From Candidatus Accumulibacter sp. UBA704 (lineage in GTDB: Bacteria > Pseudomonadota > Gammaproteobacteria > Burkholderiales > Rhodocyclaceae): DNA of 64,000 nt. The position numbers were made by a program, and so were the translations under genes. The notes beneath the pieces were generated by a model. The model worked only from the letters and a program-made list of their open reading frames with translations, was not told the DNA's origin and did no database searches. The DNA lies in contig DBMG01000053.1 of NCBI GenBank assembly GCA_002304785.1, positions 40,227 to 104,226 on the forward strand, written 5' to 3'. Positions 54,118-64,000 of this stretch are shown here, piece by piece (position 1 is the stretch's first letter; every line of letters starts with the position of its first letter).

Positions 54118-55182
54118 ATGCCCCTCGTATCGCTGAGACAACTGCTCGACCATGCGGCCGAGTACGGCTATGGTCTGCCGGCCTTCAACGTGAACAACAT
54201 GGAACAGGTCTGGGCCATCGTCGATGCCGCCGCCGAACTCGACGCCCCGGTCATCATGCAGGCCTCGGCCGGCGCCCGCAAATACGCCGGCGAGCCGTTC
54301 CTGCGCCACCAGATCCTGGCCGCGCTGGAAGCCTACCCGAACATCCCGATCGTCATGCACCAGGACCACGGGCAATCGCCGGCCATCTGCATGGCCGCCA
54401 TCCGCTCCGGCTTCACCTCGGTGATGATGGACGGCTCGCTGGAGGCCGACGGCAAGTCGGTCGCTTCCTACGAATACAACGTCGCCACCACGCAGAAGGT
54501 GGTCGAGTTCTCACACGCCATCGGCGTGTCGGTGGAAGCCGAGCTCGGCGTGCTCGGCTCGCTGGAAACCATGAAGGGCGACAAGGAGGACGGCCACGGC
54601 GCGGAAGGCCACATGACGCGGGAGCAACTGCTCACCGACGTCGAACAGGCCGCCGACTTCGTCAAGCAGACGCAGTGCGACGCGCTGGCCATCGCCATCG
54701 GCACCTCGCACGGCGCCTACAAGTTCACCAAGAAGCCGACCGGCGACATCCTGGCCATCGACCGCATCAAGGAAATCCACGCGCGCATTCCCAACTGCCA
54801 CCTGGTGATGCACGGCTCGTCGTCGGTGCCGCAGGAGCTGCTAGCCGAGATCCGCGAGTTCGGCGGCGACATGAAGGAGACGTACGGCGTCCCGGTCGAG
54901 GAGATCGTCACCGGCATCAAGCACGGGGTGCGCAAGGTCAATATCGACACCGACATCCGCCTGGCCATGACCGGCGCGATCCGCCGCTACTTCGTCGAGA
55001 ACCCCGGCAAGTTCGATCCGCGCGACTACCTCAAGCCGGCACGCGAAGCCGCGCGCAAGATCGTCGTGGCCCGCCTGGAAGCCTTCGGCGCCGCCGGACA
55101 GGCCAGCAAGATCAAGCCCATCCCGCTCGACAAAATGGCCGAACGCTACAAAAAGGGGGAACTTGCGCAGGTCGTGCGCTGA
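54118..55182 (+). CDS. fba: class II fructose-bisphosphate aldolase (354-aa Calvin-cycle/CbbA-like subtype)
   Basis: [22 protein letters not shown] motifs. Confidence 0.95.
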   Translation: MPLVSLRQLLDHAAEYGYGLPAFNVNNMEQVWAIVDAAAELDAPVIMQASAGARKYAGEPFLRHQILAALEAYPNIPIVMHQDHGQSPAICMAAIRSGFTSVMMDGSLEADGKSVASYEYNVATTQKVVEFSHAIGVSVEAELGVLGSLETMKGDKEDGHGAEGHMTREQLLTDVEQAADFVKQTQCDALAIAIGTSHGAYKFTKKPTGDILAIDRIKEIHARIPNCHLVMHGSSSVPQELLAEIREFGGDMKETYGVPVEEIVTGIKHGVRKVNIDTDIRLAMTGAIRRYFVENPGKFDPRDYLKPAREAARKIVVARLEAFGAAGQASKIKPIPLDKMAERYKKGELAQVVR

Positions 55183-55209
55183 CCAAATTCGGGCACTGAC
55201 CAGACCCAT

Positions 55210-55251
55210 GCCGCGATATCGGCGATTGATCCGGTATCGCGGCTTTTCTTT
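55210..55251 (+). terminator. strong intrinsic terminator after fba
   Basis: A 13-bp stem with one G.U pair (55210-55222 pairing with 55231-55243) followed by TTTTCTTT. Confidence 0.7.
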
Positions 55252-55329
55252 GTCGGAAGACCCGAATCTCTCCGCCCGCAACTGCTTTATAATTTGTTGT
55301 TTTTGCAAACCTCTTTTGGAATCGAAATC

Positions 55330-56268
55330 ATGACTCAAGCCCTGTACGAATCGTCCATCAAGAGCTTGCCCCTGCTCGGCCGCGGCAAGGTCCGCGACAT
55401 TTATGCGGTCGGCGACGACAAACTGCTGATCGTTACCAGCGACCGACTCTCGGCCTTTGACGTCATCCTGCCGAACCCGATCCCGGCCAAGGGCAAGGTG
55501 CTCACTCAACTGGCGAACTTCTGGTTCGACAAACTGGCGCACATCCTGCCCAACCAGTTGACCGGCATCGATCCGGAGAGCGTGGTCGCTGCCGACGAAC
55601 GCGAGCAGGTGCGCGGACGAAGCCTGGTCGTCAAGCGCCTGCGGCCATTGCCCATCGAAGCGGTAGTACGCGGCTATCTGATCGGCTCCGGGTGGAAGGA
55701 CTACCAGCAGACTGGCGCCGTGTGCGGCATCCAACTGCCGGCCGGCTTGCAACTGGCGGCCAAGCTGCCCGAACCCATCTTCACCCCGGCCACCAAGGCC
55801 GAGCAGGGCGAGCACGACGAGAATATCTCCTTCGAACTGGCACAGATCAACTGCGGCGCGGCGCTCTCCGACGTGCTTAAAGGCACCGGAAAGAACGGCG
55901 CGCAGATCGCCACCGAGGCCCGCAACGCCGCAATCGCCCTCTACACCACGGCGGCGGATTACGCACTGACCCGCGGCATCATCATCGCCGACACCAAGTT
56001 CGAGTTCGGCGTCGACGCAGCCGGCACGGTGCACCTCATCGACGAGGCGCTGACCCCCGATTCGTCGCGCTTCTGGCCGGCCGACTCGTACCGGGTCGGT
56101 AGCAATCCGCCTTCCTACGACAAGCAGTACGTGCGCGACCACCTGGAGACCCTCGACTGGAACAAGAAAGCGCCGGGCCCGTCGTTGCCGGCCGAGGTTG
56201 TTGCACGCACCAGCGCCAAGTACATCGAGGCTTACGAGCAACTAACCGGCAAGAAACTGGTCGATTGA
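55330..56268 (+). CDS. purC: phosphoribosylaminoimidazole-succinocarboxamide synthase
   Basis: [15 protein letters not shown] motifs. ATG 55330. Confidence 0.95.
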   Translation: MTQALYESSIKSLPLLGRGKVRDIYAVGDDKLLIVTSDRLSAFDVILPNPIPAKGKVLTQLANFWFDKLAHILPNQLTGIDPESVVAADEREQVRGRSLVVKRLRPLPIEAVVRGYLIGSGWKDYQQTGAVCGIQLPAGLQLAAKLPEPIFTPATKAEQGEHDENISFELAQINCGAALSDVLKGTGKNGAQIATEARNAAIALYTTAADYALTRGIIIADTKFEFGVDAAGTVHLIDEALTPDSSRFWPADSYRVGSNPPSYDKQYVRDHLETLDWNKKAPGPSLPAEVVARTSAKYIEAYEQLTGKKLVD

Positions 56269-56290
56269 TCGTATAGCCGACACTCTTTTA

Positions 56291-56320
56291 CGGGCGGCTG
56301 CGGCCGCCCGCTTCTTTTCT
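56291..56320 (+). terminator. intrinsic terminator after purC
   Basis: An 8-bp all-GC stem CGGGCGGC/GCCGCCCG with loop TGCG, then CTTCTTTTCT. Confidence 0.65.
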
Positions 56321-56330
56321 GGAATTGACA

Positions 56331-58373
<2,043 letters not shown>

Positions 58374-58396
58374 CAGCCTTTCAGGAGGATTGCGCC

Positions 58397-58918
58397 ATGC
58401 TCGCCGCCCGCTTTTCTGTCCGTTTTGCCGTGCTCGGTATTTTCCTGGCATTTTCTTCGCTGGCCGCAGCCCAGACGACCTACCGCTGGCTCGACAAGGG
58501 GACAGGGCAAACCGTCTTCTCCGACCAACCTCCGCCACCGGGTACCAAAATCCTGGAAACGCGGGAAGGCCCGGCGGCGACGGATGATCGGCAATTGCCC
58601 TACGCCACGCGCCAGGCGGCAGAAAAATACCCGGTCATCCTGTACACCTCGGCCAACTGCGCGGAAGTATGCGCCAGCGCCCGCGCCTTGCTGAACGGCC
58701 GCGGCGTCCCGTTCTCGGAGAAGCTCCTGAAAAGCGAAGAGGAAATCGCCGAGATTTCGAAACAGATGGGCAACGATAGCTTCATACCGGGCTTGAAAGT
58801 CGGAACTCAGGCTTTCGCCGGATACGAGACAGGAGCATGGAACAACCTGCTCGATCTCGCCGGGTATCCAAAAACCGCGCCGTACGGAGCCAAGCGATCC
58901 GGCGCGTTCAGCCAATGA
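58397..58918 (+). CDS. DUF4124 plus glutaredoxin-like domain periplasmic protein
   Basis: Signal peptide, then YRWLDKGTGQTVFSDQPPP (DUF4124), then a glutaredoxin-like fold (VILYTSANCAEVC). Confidence 0.75.
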   Translation: MLAARFSVRFAVLGIFLAFSSLAAAQTTYRWLDKGTGQTVFSDQPPPPGTKILETREGPAATDDRQLPYATRQAAEKYPVILYTSANCAEVCASARALLNGRGVPFSEKLLKSEEEIAEISKQMGNDSFIPGLKVGTQAFAGYETGAWNNLLDLAGYPKTAPYGAKRSGAFSQ

Positions 58919-59682
58919 AGCTCGCCAGTTGGAACGTAAATTCGCTCAAGATCCGCCTGCCGCAACTCCTGGAGTGGCTAGCGTCCCGGCAGCCGGATGT
59001 GGTTTGCCTGCAGGAGACCAAGCTCGAAGATCAGAACTTCCCGCACTTGGAAATCGAGGCGGTCGGATACAAAGCCGCATTCTTCGGGCAGAAGACCTAC
59101 AACGGCGTGGCCCTGCTCTCACGATGCGGCTTGAGCGACATCGCGTGCGGCAACCCGCGTTTTCCGGACGAACAGAAGCGGCTGATCGCCGCCACCGTCG
59201 GGGCAACTCGGATCATCTGCGCCTACATGCCTAACGGACAGGCTGTCGGCAGCGACAAGTACGACTACAAGCTCGACTGGCTGCGAGCATTGACGGAATG
59301 GCTGCAGGATGAGATAGCCACCCACCCGGATCTTGTCCTGGCCGGTGATTTCAACATTGCCCCGGACGACCGCGACGTTTACGACCCCGCAGCCTGGGCC
59401 GGACAGATACTCTGTTCGGATGCGGAACGAACCGCCTTCCAGCGCCTCCTCGCGCTGGGCCTGAAGGACAGCTTCCGGCTCTTTGACCAGCCGGCAAAAA
59501 CGTATTCGTGGTGGGATTACCGGATGCTCGGCTTTCAGAAGAACAACGGCCTGCGCATCGACCACATCCTTCTGTCAACGCAACTCGCCGAACGTTGCGT
59601 CGCGGCCGGAGTCGACCGCGAAATGCGCAAACGCGAACGCCCGTCTGATCACGCTCCAGTGACGGCGGAAATCACCGGATAG
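58915..59682 (+). CDS. xthA: exodeoxyribonuclease III
   Basis: MKLASWNVNSLKIRL, CLQETK and SDHAPV motifs. ATGA overlap with the upstream stop. Confidence 0.9.
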   Translation: MKLASWNVNSLKIRLPQLLEWLASRQPDVVCLQETKLEDQNFPHLEIEAVGYKAAFFGQKTYNGVALLSRCGLSDIACGNPRFPDEQKRLIAATVGATRIICAYMPNGQAVGSDKYDYKLDWLRALTEWLQDEIATHPDLVLAGDFNIAPDDRDVYDPAAWAGQILCSDAERTAFQRLLALGLKDSFRLFDQPAKTYSWWDYRMLGFQKNNGLRIDHILLSTQLAERCVAAGVDREMRKRERPSDHAPVTAEITG

Positions 59683-59689
59683 CGCAGAC

Positions 59690-60547
59690 TCATTCCTTTG
59701 GGAAATCGGCCGCCCGAGCCACCGCTTCTCCAGCGCGGAATTCCTTGAGCAACGATTCCAGCCGTGCCGTGGAAACATCGAATGCGGCATTGCCGAGCAG
59801 CAAGTGGCTCGGCGGATTTGGCAACTTTACGGCGTCGACGATGGCCTTCACCGCACGCACCGGATCACCGGGCTGCTTGCCCGAGTACGCACGCAACTGC
59901 TCGCGTTTGACCCCGGAGGTTGTCGCATAGTCCTCTATGTGCAATGGACTTTCATTGGCGGAGCGCCCGGCCCAGTCGGTACGGAATCCGCTCGGCTCCA
60001 CAACGATGACCTTGATGCCCAGAGGCTCCACTTCAAGGGCCAGCGATCCGGACAACCCTTCGACCGCGAACTTGGTGGCGCAGTAGTAACCCAACCCCGG
60101 GAAGGAATTGATGCCGGCAAGCGAAGCGATGTTGATGATAAAACCGCTGCGTTGCTGACGCATGCCGGGCAGCACGGCCTGGGTCATGCGGCCGAGAGCA
60201 AACACATTGACGTCGAACATCCGCCGCACCTCGGTTTCTTCGCTCTCCTCGACGGCGCCGAAATAGCCGATGCCGGCGTTGTTGACCAGCACATCGATGC
60301 GCCCGAAGCGGTCATGGGCCGCCTTGACCGCCGCGTCGATCTGCGCGTTGTCGGTCACGTCGAGCTTGAGAACAAGCGCCCCTTCGGAAGCCGAGAATTC
60401 CTTCAGATCCTCCGGCTTGCGCGCCGTCACGACGGCACGGTAACCGCACGCCAGCACATGCCGCGCCAGATCACGCCCGAAACCGGTGGAACAACCGGTA
60501 ATGAACCACACGAGGCTTTCGCCAACCCCTGGATTGCCATTCACCAT
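59690..60547 (-). CDS. SDR-family oxidoreductase
   Basis: TGCSTGFG cofactor motif, NNAG, and the YxxxK catalytic motif (YCATK). Confidence 0.9.
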   Translation of the reverse strand: MVNGNPGVGESLVWFITGCSTGFGRDLARHVLACGYRAVVTARKPEDLKEFSASEGALVLKLDVTDNAQIDAAVKAAHDRFGRIDVLVNNAGIGYFGAVEESEETEVRRMFDVNVFALGRMTQAVLPGMRQQRSGFIINIASLAGINSFPGLGYYCATKFAVEGLSGSLALEVEPLGIKVIVVEPSGFRTDWAGRSANESPLHIEDYATTSGVKREQLRAYSGKQPGDPVRAVKAIVDAVKLPNPPSHLLLGNAAFDVSTARLESLLKEFRAGEAVARAADFPKE

Positions 60548-60582
60548 TCTTGTCTCCTCAGCAGTATTTTTGAAACAATGTT

Positions 60583-61374
60583 TTATTTTACTGCGCTGCT
60601 TGCCGTGTTAGCCAGACGAATGTAATCGGAAAGAGGCAGTTCCTCGGCCCTTGCCGTGGGCGAAATATTGAGGTGTACGAACAAGGCATCGTCGACGATA
60701 CCCTTGAGGTTGTTGCGCAGCATCTTGCGCCGCTGGCCGAACGCCGCAGCCACCAGAGCGGCAAACCGCGCCTCGTCGCGTACCGTCAGATCCTCGGGAG
60801 CGCGCGGAATCAGTCGCACCACGGCGGAATCCACTTTTGGCGCCGGATCGAACGATTCCGGCGGTACGTCGAGCAACCAGTCCATCATGAAGCGGTATTG
60901 CAGCATCACGGAGAGCCGCCCGTAGTCGGCCGTTCCCGGCTCTGCCACCATGCGCTCGACGACTTCCTTCTGCAGCATGAAATGCATGTCGAAGACGCTG
61001 TCGGCGAACTGCGCCAGGTGGAACAGCAAAGGCGTGGAGATGTTGTAAGGCAAATTGCCGACCACATGCAGTTTCTGCCCGGGTTGCCCAACCAATCCGC
61101 CAAAATCGAAGGCCAGCGCGTCTCCTTCGTGGATCGTTAGTTTTTCGGCAGAATAACGTTGCCGCAACCGGGCCACGATATCGCGATCAATTTCGACCAC
61201 ATGCAGGTGGTCGAGTCGTTGCAGCAACGGTTCGGTGAGAGCCCCTAGGCCCGGTCCGATTTCGACGACCAGATCGTCACGCCGCGGCGCCACCGCACCG
61301 ACAATCTCACCAATCACCTGCGCATCGATCAGGAAATTCTGCCCAAAACGCTTGCGCGCAACATGCTTGCTCAT
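60583..61374 (-). CDS. rsmA: 16S rRNA (adenine1518-N6/adenine1519-N6)-dimethyltransferase
   Basis: [26 protein letters not shown] motifs. Confidence 0.95.
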   Translation of the reverse strand: MSKHVARKRFGQNFLIDAQVIGEIVGAVAPRRDDLVVEIGPGLGALTEPLLQRLDHLHVVEIDRDIVARLRQRYSAEKLTIHEGDALAFDFGGLVGQPGQKLHVVGNLPYNISTPLLFHLAQFADSVFDMHFMLQKEVVERMVAEPGTADYGRLSVMLQYRFMMDWLLDVPPESFDPAPKVDSAVVRLIPRAPEDLTVRDEARFAALVAAAFGQRRKMLRNNLKGIVDDALFVHLNISPTARAEELPLSDYIRLANTASSAVK

Positions 61375-61543
61375 GCCTTACACCTCGACTCAAGCGTTTC
61401 AGTGCAGGCTAACCTGCGCCAGCAGGTTACGCCGGAGCTAAAGCGTTTGCGAGCTACGTGTTTGCTCATTCCGAGAACCTGAATCCAAACCCTTCAGTGC
61501 AGGCTAATCTGCGCCAGCAAGTTGCCCCAGAGCTGAAGCTTTT
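61354..61543 (-). repeat. two tandem 95-bp repeat units at the pdxA-rsmA junction
   Basis: 61449-61543 against 61354-61448 gives 72/95 identical in a gapless alignment. 61345-61353 begins a third, partial copy inside rsmA. Confidence 0.85.
61371..61469 (-). CDS. mini-ORF b (32 codons, [32 protein letters not shown])
   Basis: Its ATG overlaps the stop of mini-ORF a, and its TGA overlaps the rsmA ATG. The first 10 codons encode the RsmA N-terminus with only synonymous differences. Confidence 0.45.
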   Translation of the reverse strand: MSKHVARKRFSSGVTCWRRLACTETLESRCKA

Positions 61544-61546
61544 CAT
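61466..61546 (-). CDS. mini-ORF a (26 codons, [26 protein letters not shown])
   Basis: Its ATG overlaps the pdxA TGA, and its TGA overlaps the ATG of mini-ORF b. It shares the core [15 protein letters not shown] with mini-ORF b. Confidence 0.4.
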   Translation of the reverse strand: MKSFSSGATCWRRLACTEGFGFRFSE

Positions 61547-62553
61547 TGGCGCACTCCGGCGCGGTTTGCCATCTCGATGGCCTGATCGACGGCGACGAAG
61601 AGGCTGCCCGGGTCGGCGCGACCGGTACCGGCCAGTTCAAGCGCAGTTCCATGGTCCACTGAGGTCCGGATGATCGGCAGGCCAAGCGTGACATTGATGC
61701 CGTTGCCGAAGGTGGCGTATTTGAGCGCGGTCAATCCCTGGTCATGGTACATGGCCAGCACGCAGTCGCCCTGCGCCAGCATCGGCGGCGTGAACATCGT
61801 GTCGGCGGGCAGCGGGCCGACGAGCAACATCCCTTCCGCGCGCAATTTCTCGAGCACGGGTGAAATCACCTCGATCTCCTCGTTTCCAAGGTACCCCCCC
61901 TCACCGGCATGAGGATTAAGTCCGGCAACAAGAATGCGCGGCCGGGCGATCCCATACTTTCGGTACATCTCTTCATGCAGGATGCGCAGCGTCTGTTCCA
62001 ACGATTCCCGGGTAATCGCGGCAGAAACCTCCTTCAACGGCAAGTGCGTGGTCGCCAGAGCCACCCGAAGCTCGCCGCCGGCAAGCATCATGACGACACG
62101 GTGCGTATGAGTCCTTTCGGCCAGATATTCAGTGTGACCCGTGAACGGTATGCCGCTATCGTTGATGACACCTTTATGCACTGGAGCCGTCACCATCGCC
62201 GCGAATTCGCCGGACTGGCACCCCACCAGCGCTCGGTCAAGCAAACGCAGCACGTAGGCGGCATTGGCCGGATCGAGCCGGCCGGGAACCGACAAGGTAG
62301 CGAGCGGAAGATGCAGAATATCCAGGGTTCCGGCTTGCGGGGCGCTATCCGGATCCCAGTCGCGCAGAGCAACGCGCGCATGCAGCATCGCTGCCCGCTC
62401 CGCTATCATCTTCCGGTCACCGAGAACGACGATGCGCGCAATCGTCCCGATAGAGTCGCCGCGCCCCGTTTGCTCGGCCAGCCGCAGGCAGAGTTCCGGC
62501 CCGATTCCTGCGGGCTCCCCGGAAGTCACCGCAATCACCGGCATGGTGCCCAC
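61543..62553 (-). CDS. pdxA: 4-hydroxythreonine-4-phosphate dehydrogenase
   Basis: TSGEPAGIGPEL, GHTEYL motifs. GTG 62553; an alternative ATG is at 62544. Confidence 0.9.
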   Translation of the reverse strand: MGTMPVIAVTSGEPAGIGPELCLRLAEQTGRGDSIGTIARIVVLGDRKMIAERAAMLHARVALRDWDPDSAPQAGTLDILHLPLATLSVPGRLDPANAAYVLRLLDRALVGCQSGEFAAMVTAPVHKGVINDSGIPFTGHTEYLAERTHTHRVVMMLAGGELRVALATTHLPLKEVSAAITRESLEQTLRILHEEMYRKYGIARPRILVAGLNPHAGEGGYLGNEEIEVISPVLEKLRAEGMLLVGPLPADTMFTPPMLAQGDCVLAMYHDQGLTALKYATFGNGINVTLGLPIIRTSVDHGTALELAGTGRADPGSLFVAVDQAIEMANRAGVRQ

Positions 62554-62555
62554 AC

Positions 62556-63869
62556 TCAGCGATCTTCCAGACGCACTTCGACGTAGGCCCGATCGCGCGC
62601 CTGACGCAGCCAGTCCTGATAGGCCTCGTCGAGCTTGCGCTCACGCAGTGCTTGGCGCGCCGCTGCCTTCTGACGATCAGCGGATACGTCCTGCACCCGC
62701 CGCTCGAGCACTTCGATCAAGTGGTAGCCAAACGGCGATTTGACGGGACGACTGACTTCGCCCGGCTTCAAGTCATTCATCGCACGCTCGAACTCGGGAA
62801 CGGTATCGCCTGGATAGATCCACCCTAGGTCGCCTCCTTTCGTTGCCGACCCGTCCTGCGAATGGCTCCGGGCCAGTTCCGCGAATTTTTCTCCGTGCCT
62901 GATGCGGTCGTAGAGTCCTTCCATCTTGTGCAGAGCTTCCGATTCCGAAACGATCTCATTGACCTTGATCAGGATATGGCGGACATGCGTCTGCTGCACG
63001 GCGGGAAGACCACCCCCTCCCCCCCGCTTGGCCACCAGTTTGACGATATGGAAGCCATTCGGGCTGCGCAGGAGCGGTGCGACCTCCCCTGGTTTCAGCT
63101 TGACGACGACTTCAGAAAAGATAGTCGGCAGGCGGTCGAGTGGACGCATGCCCAGGCTACCTCCCTGCAAACCGTCCGGCGCATCGGAATAGGCGGCGGC
63201 GAGTTGGGAGAAATTCTCTCCCTTAACGGCACGATCCAGCACCTGATCCGCCTTGGCCTTGAGTCCGCTGATCTGTTCCGGACTGGCCGATTCGGGGGCG
63301 CGCAGCAGGATGTGGGCGACTTCGTACTCTTCACTGGCCCCGGCCTTGGCCGATTCTCCGCTCAGGTAGTTTTCGATCTCGCCTTCCGAAATGGCGATCT
63401 TGCTTTCCACCTCGCGCTCACGAACGCGGGCAATGGTCATTTCATTGCGGATATCCTCGCGGAATTTGTCAAACGCCACGCCGTCCTTTTGCAGAGCCTC
63501 GCGGAATTGCGCCATGGTCATTTTGTTGCCTGCGGCGATGCGCTGCAGGGCCTGGTCGAGTTGCACGTCGTCGATGCGCAACCCGATATCGCGCGCATGC
63601 TGCAACTGCACTTTGTCCATGATCAGGCGTTCCAGCATCTGCCGTTCCAGTACGTCGCGCGGTGGCAGCGGCGTCCCTTGGCGCCGCAATTGGCTGATCG
63701 CAACGCCAAGGCCAGAGCGCAGTTCATGCAAGGTAATCACTTCGTCGTTGACCACCGCCACGATGCGGTCGACCGGAACGGGTTCGCTATTGGCTCGCCG
63801 AGCCGTCTGCGCCGAAGCGACTGCCGACAGGCAGAAGAACAGCAGGACGATTCGCAGCAAAGATGTCAT
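62556..63869 (-). CDS. surA: periplasmic chaperone / peptidyl-prolyl isomerase SurA
   Basis: Signal peptide and two parvulin domains. Conserved position between lptD and pdxA. Confidence 0.95.
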   Translation of the reverse strand: MTSLLRIVLLFFCLSAVASAQTARRANSEPVPVDRIVAVVNDEVITLHELRSGLGVAISQLRRQGTPLPPRDVLERQMLERLIMDKVQLQHARDIGLRIDDVQLDQALQRIAAGNKMTMAQFREALQKDGVAFDKFREDIRNEMTIARVREREVESKIAISEGEIENYLSGESAKAGASEEYEVAHILLRAPESASPEQISGLKAKADQVLDRAVKGENFSQLAAAYSDAPDGLQGGSLGMRPLDRLPTIFSEVVVKLKPGEVAPLLRSPNGFHIVKLVAKRGGGGGLPAVQQTHVRHILIKVNEIVSESEALHKMEGLYDRIRHGEKFAELARSHSQDGSATKGGDLGWIYPGDTVPEFERAMNDLKPGEVSRPVKSPFGYHLIEVLERRVQDVSADRQKAAARQALRERKLDEAYQDWLRQARDRAYVEVRLEDR

Positions 63870-63878
63870 GTAATTTCC

Positions 63879-64000
63879 CTATTCATCAAAAACGGAACCG
63901 TCGCCCGGATCGCCGATCAGGCTGTAACCCTGGATATTCCTCTTGAGCAGATTCAACGGACTCGAACCGATGCGACCAAGACCGCTCAGTTCCAACTGGA
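63879..64000 (-). CDS. lptD: LPS-assembly protein LptD, C-terminal end only (runs off the window end)
   Basis: Minus-strand frame reads ...QLELSGLGRIGSSPLNLLKRNIQGYSLIGDPGDGSVFDE-stop. Conserved synteny lptD-surA-pdxA-rsmA. Confidence 0.7.
   Translation of the reverse strand, partial: QLELSGLGRIGSSPLNLLKRNIQGYSLIGDPGDGSVFDE

Noticed and set aside
61345-61546. The 95-bp repeats as a CRISPR array, a REP element or an assembly artefact
   Set aside because: There are only two contiguous copies with no spacers and no cas genes, so it is not a CRISPR array. No further copies were seen elsewhere in the window, so it is not an obvious dispersed REP. The copies differ at 23 of 95 positions, which an assembly duplication would not produce.
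63958-63968. tRNA-like T-arm sequence GGTTCGAGTCC on the minus strand
   Set aside because: The flanking bases give only a 3-bp stem and no acceptor, D or anticodon arms. The sequence lies inside the lptD coding frame.

Overview
High-GC proteobacterial chromosomal core region. Gene content and order look betaproteobacterial (Rhodocyclales-like), but that is an inference I cannot verify without a database search. About 55 protein-coding genes are supported. I recognised no rRNA, tRNA, CRISPR array, transposase, integrase or prophage signature. Gene order along the window: a DUF2914-like membrane protein, an MBL-fold hydrolase, an orphan citC-like ligase, an LTA-synthase-family enzyme followed by a degraded PAP2 remnant, cysB-sbp, an AT-rich islet with a stand-alone RpoA-alpha-CTD-like gene, metNIQ plus an Fe-ADH, the pyruvate dehydrogenase operon aceE-aceF-lpd, and a GGDEF response regulator. 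Next comes a phosphate/lipid-remodelling neighbourhood (dgkA, GT4 glycosyltransferase, PlcP/LpxH-like phosphoesterase, rpiA, phoU, OlsB-like acyltransferase), then yggX, argA, a two-domain PPK2, rsmE and a SulP-STAS-cNMP transporter. A 21-kb carbohydrate supercluster follows (glgP-glgB-glgX-malQ, a histone-like DUF2934 gene, glgA-glgC-pgm-pgi on the opposite strand, gap-pgk-unknown-pyk-fba), then purC, prlC, xthA, an SDR, and the conserved lptD-surA-pdxA-rsmA block. The most unusual signal is at the pdxA-rsmA junction (61345-61546). A 95-bp tandem repeat there encodes two mini-ORFs chained pdxA -> ORF a -> ORF b -> rsmA by three consecutive ATGA stop/start overlaps. Divergence between the copies is codon-periodic and almost entirely synonymous. 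Each copy also carries a hairpin resembling 16S rRNA helix 45, the substrate of RsmA. Most of the long ORFs in the supplied track that lie antisense to recognisable genes are high-GC shadow ORFs and were rejected.
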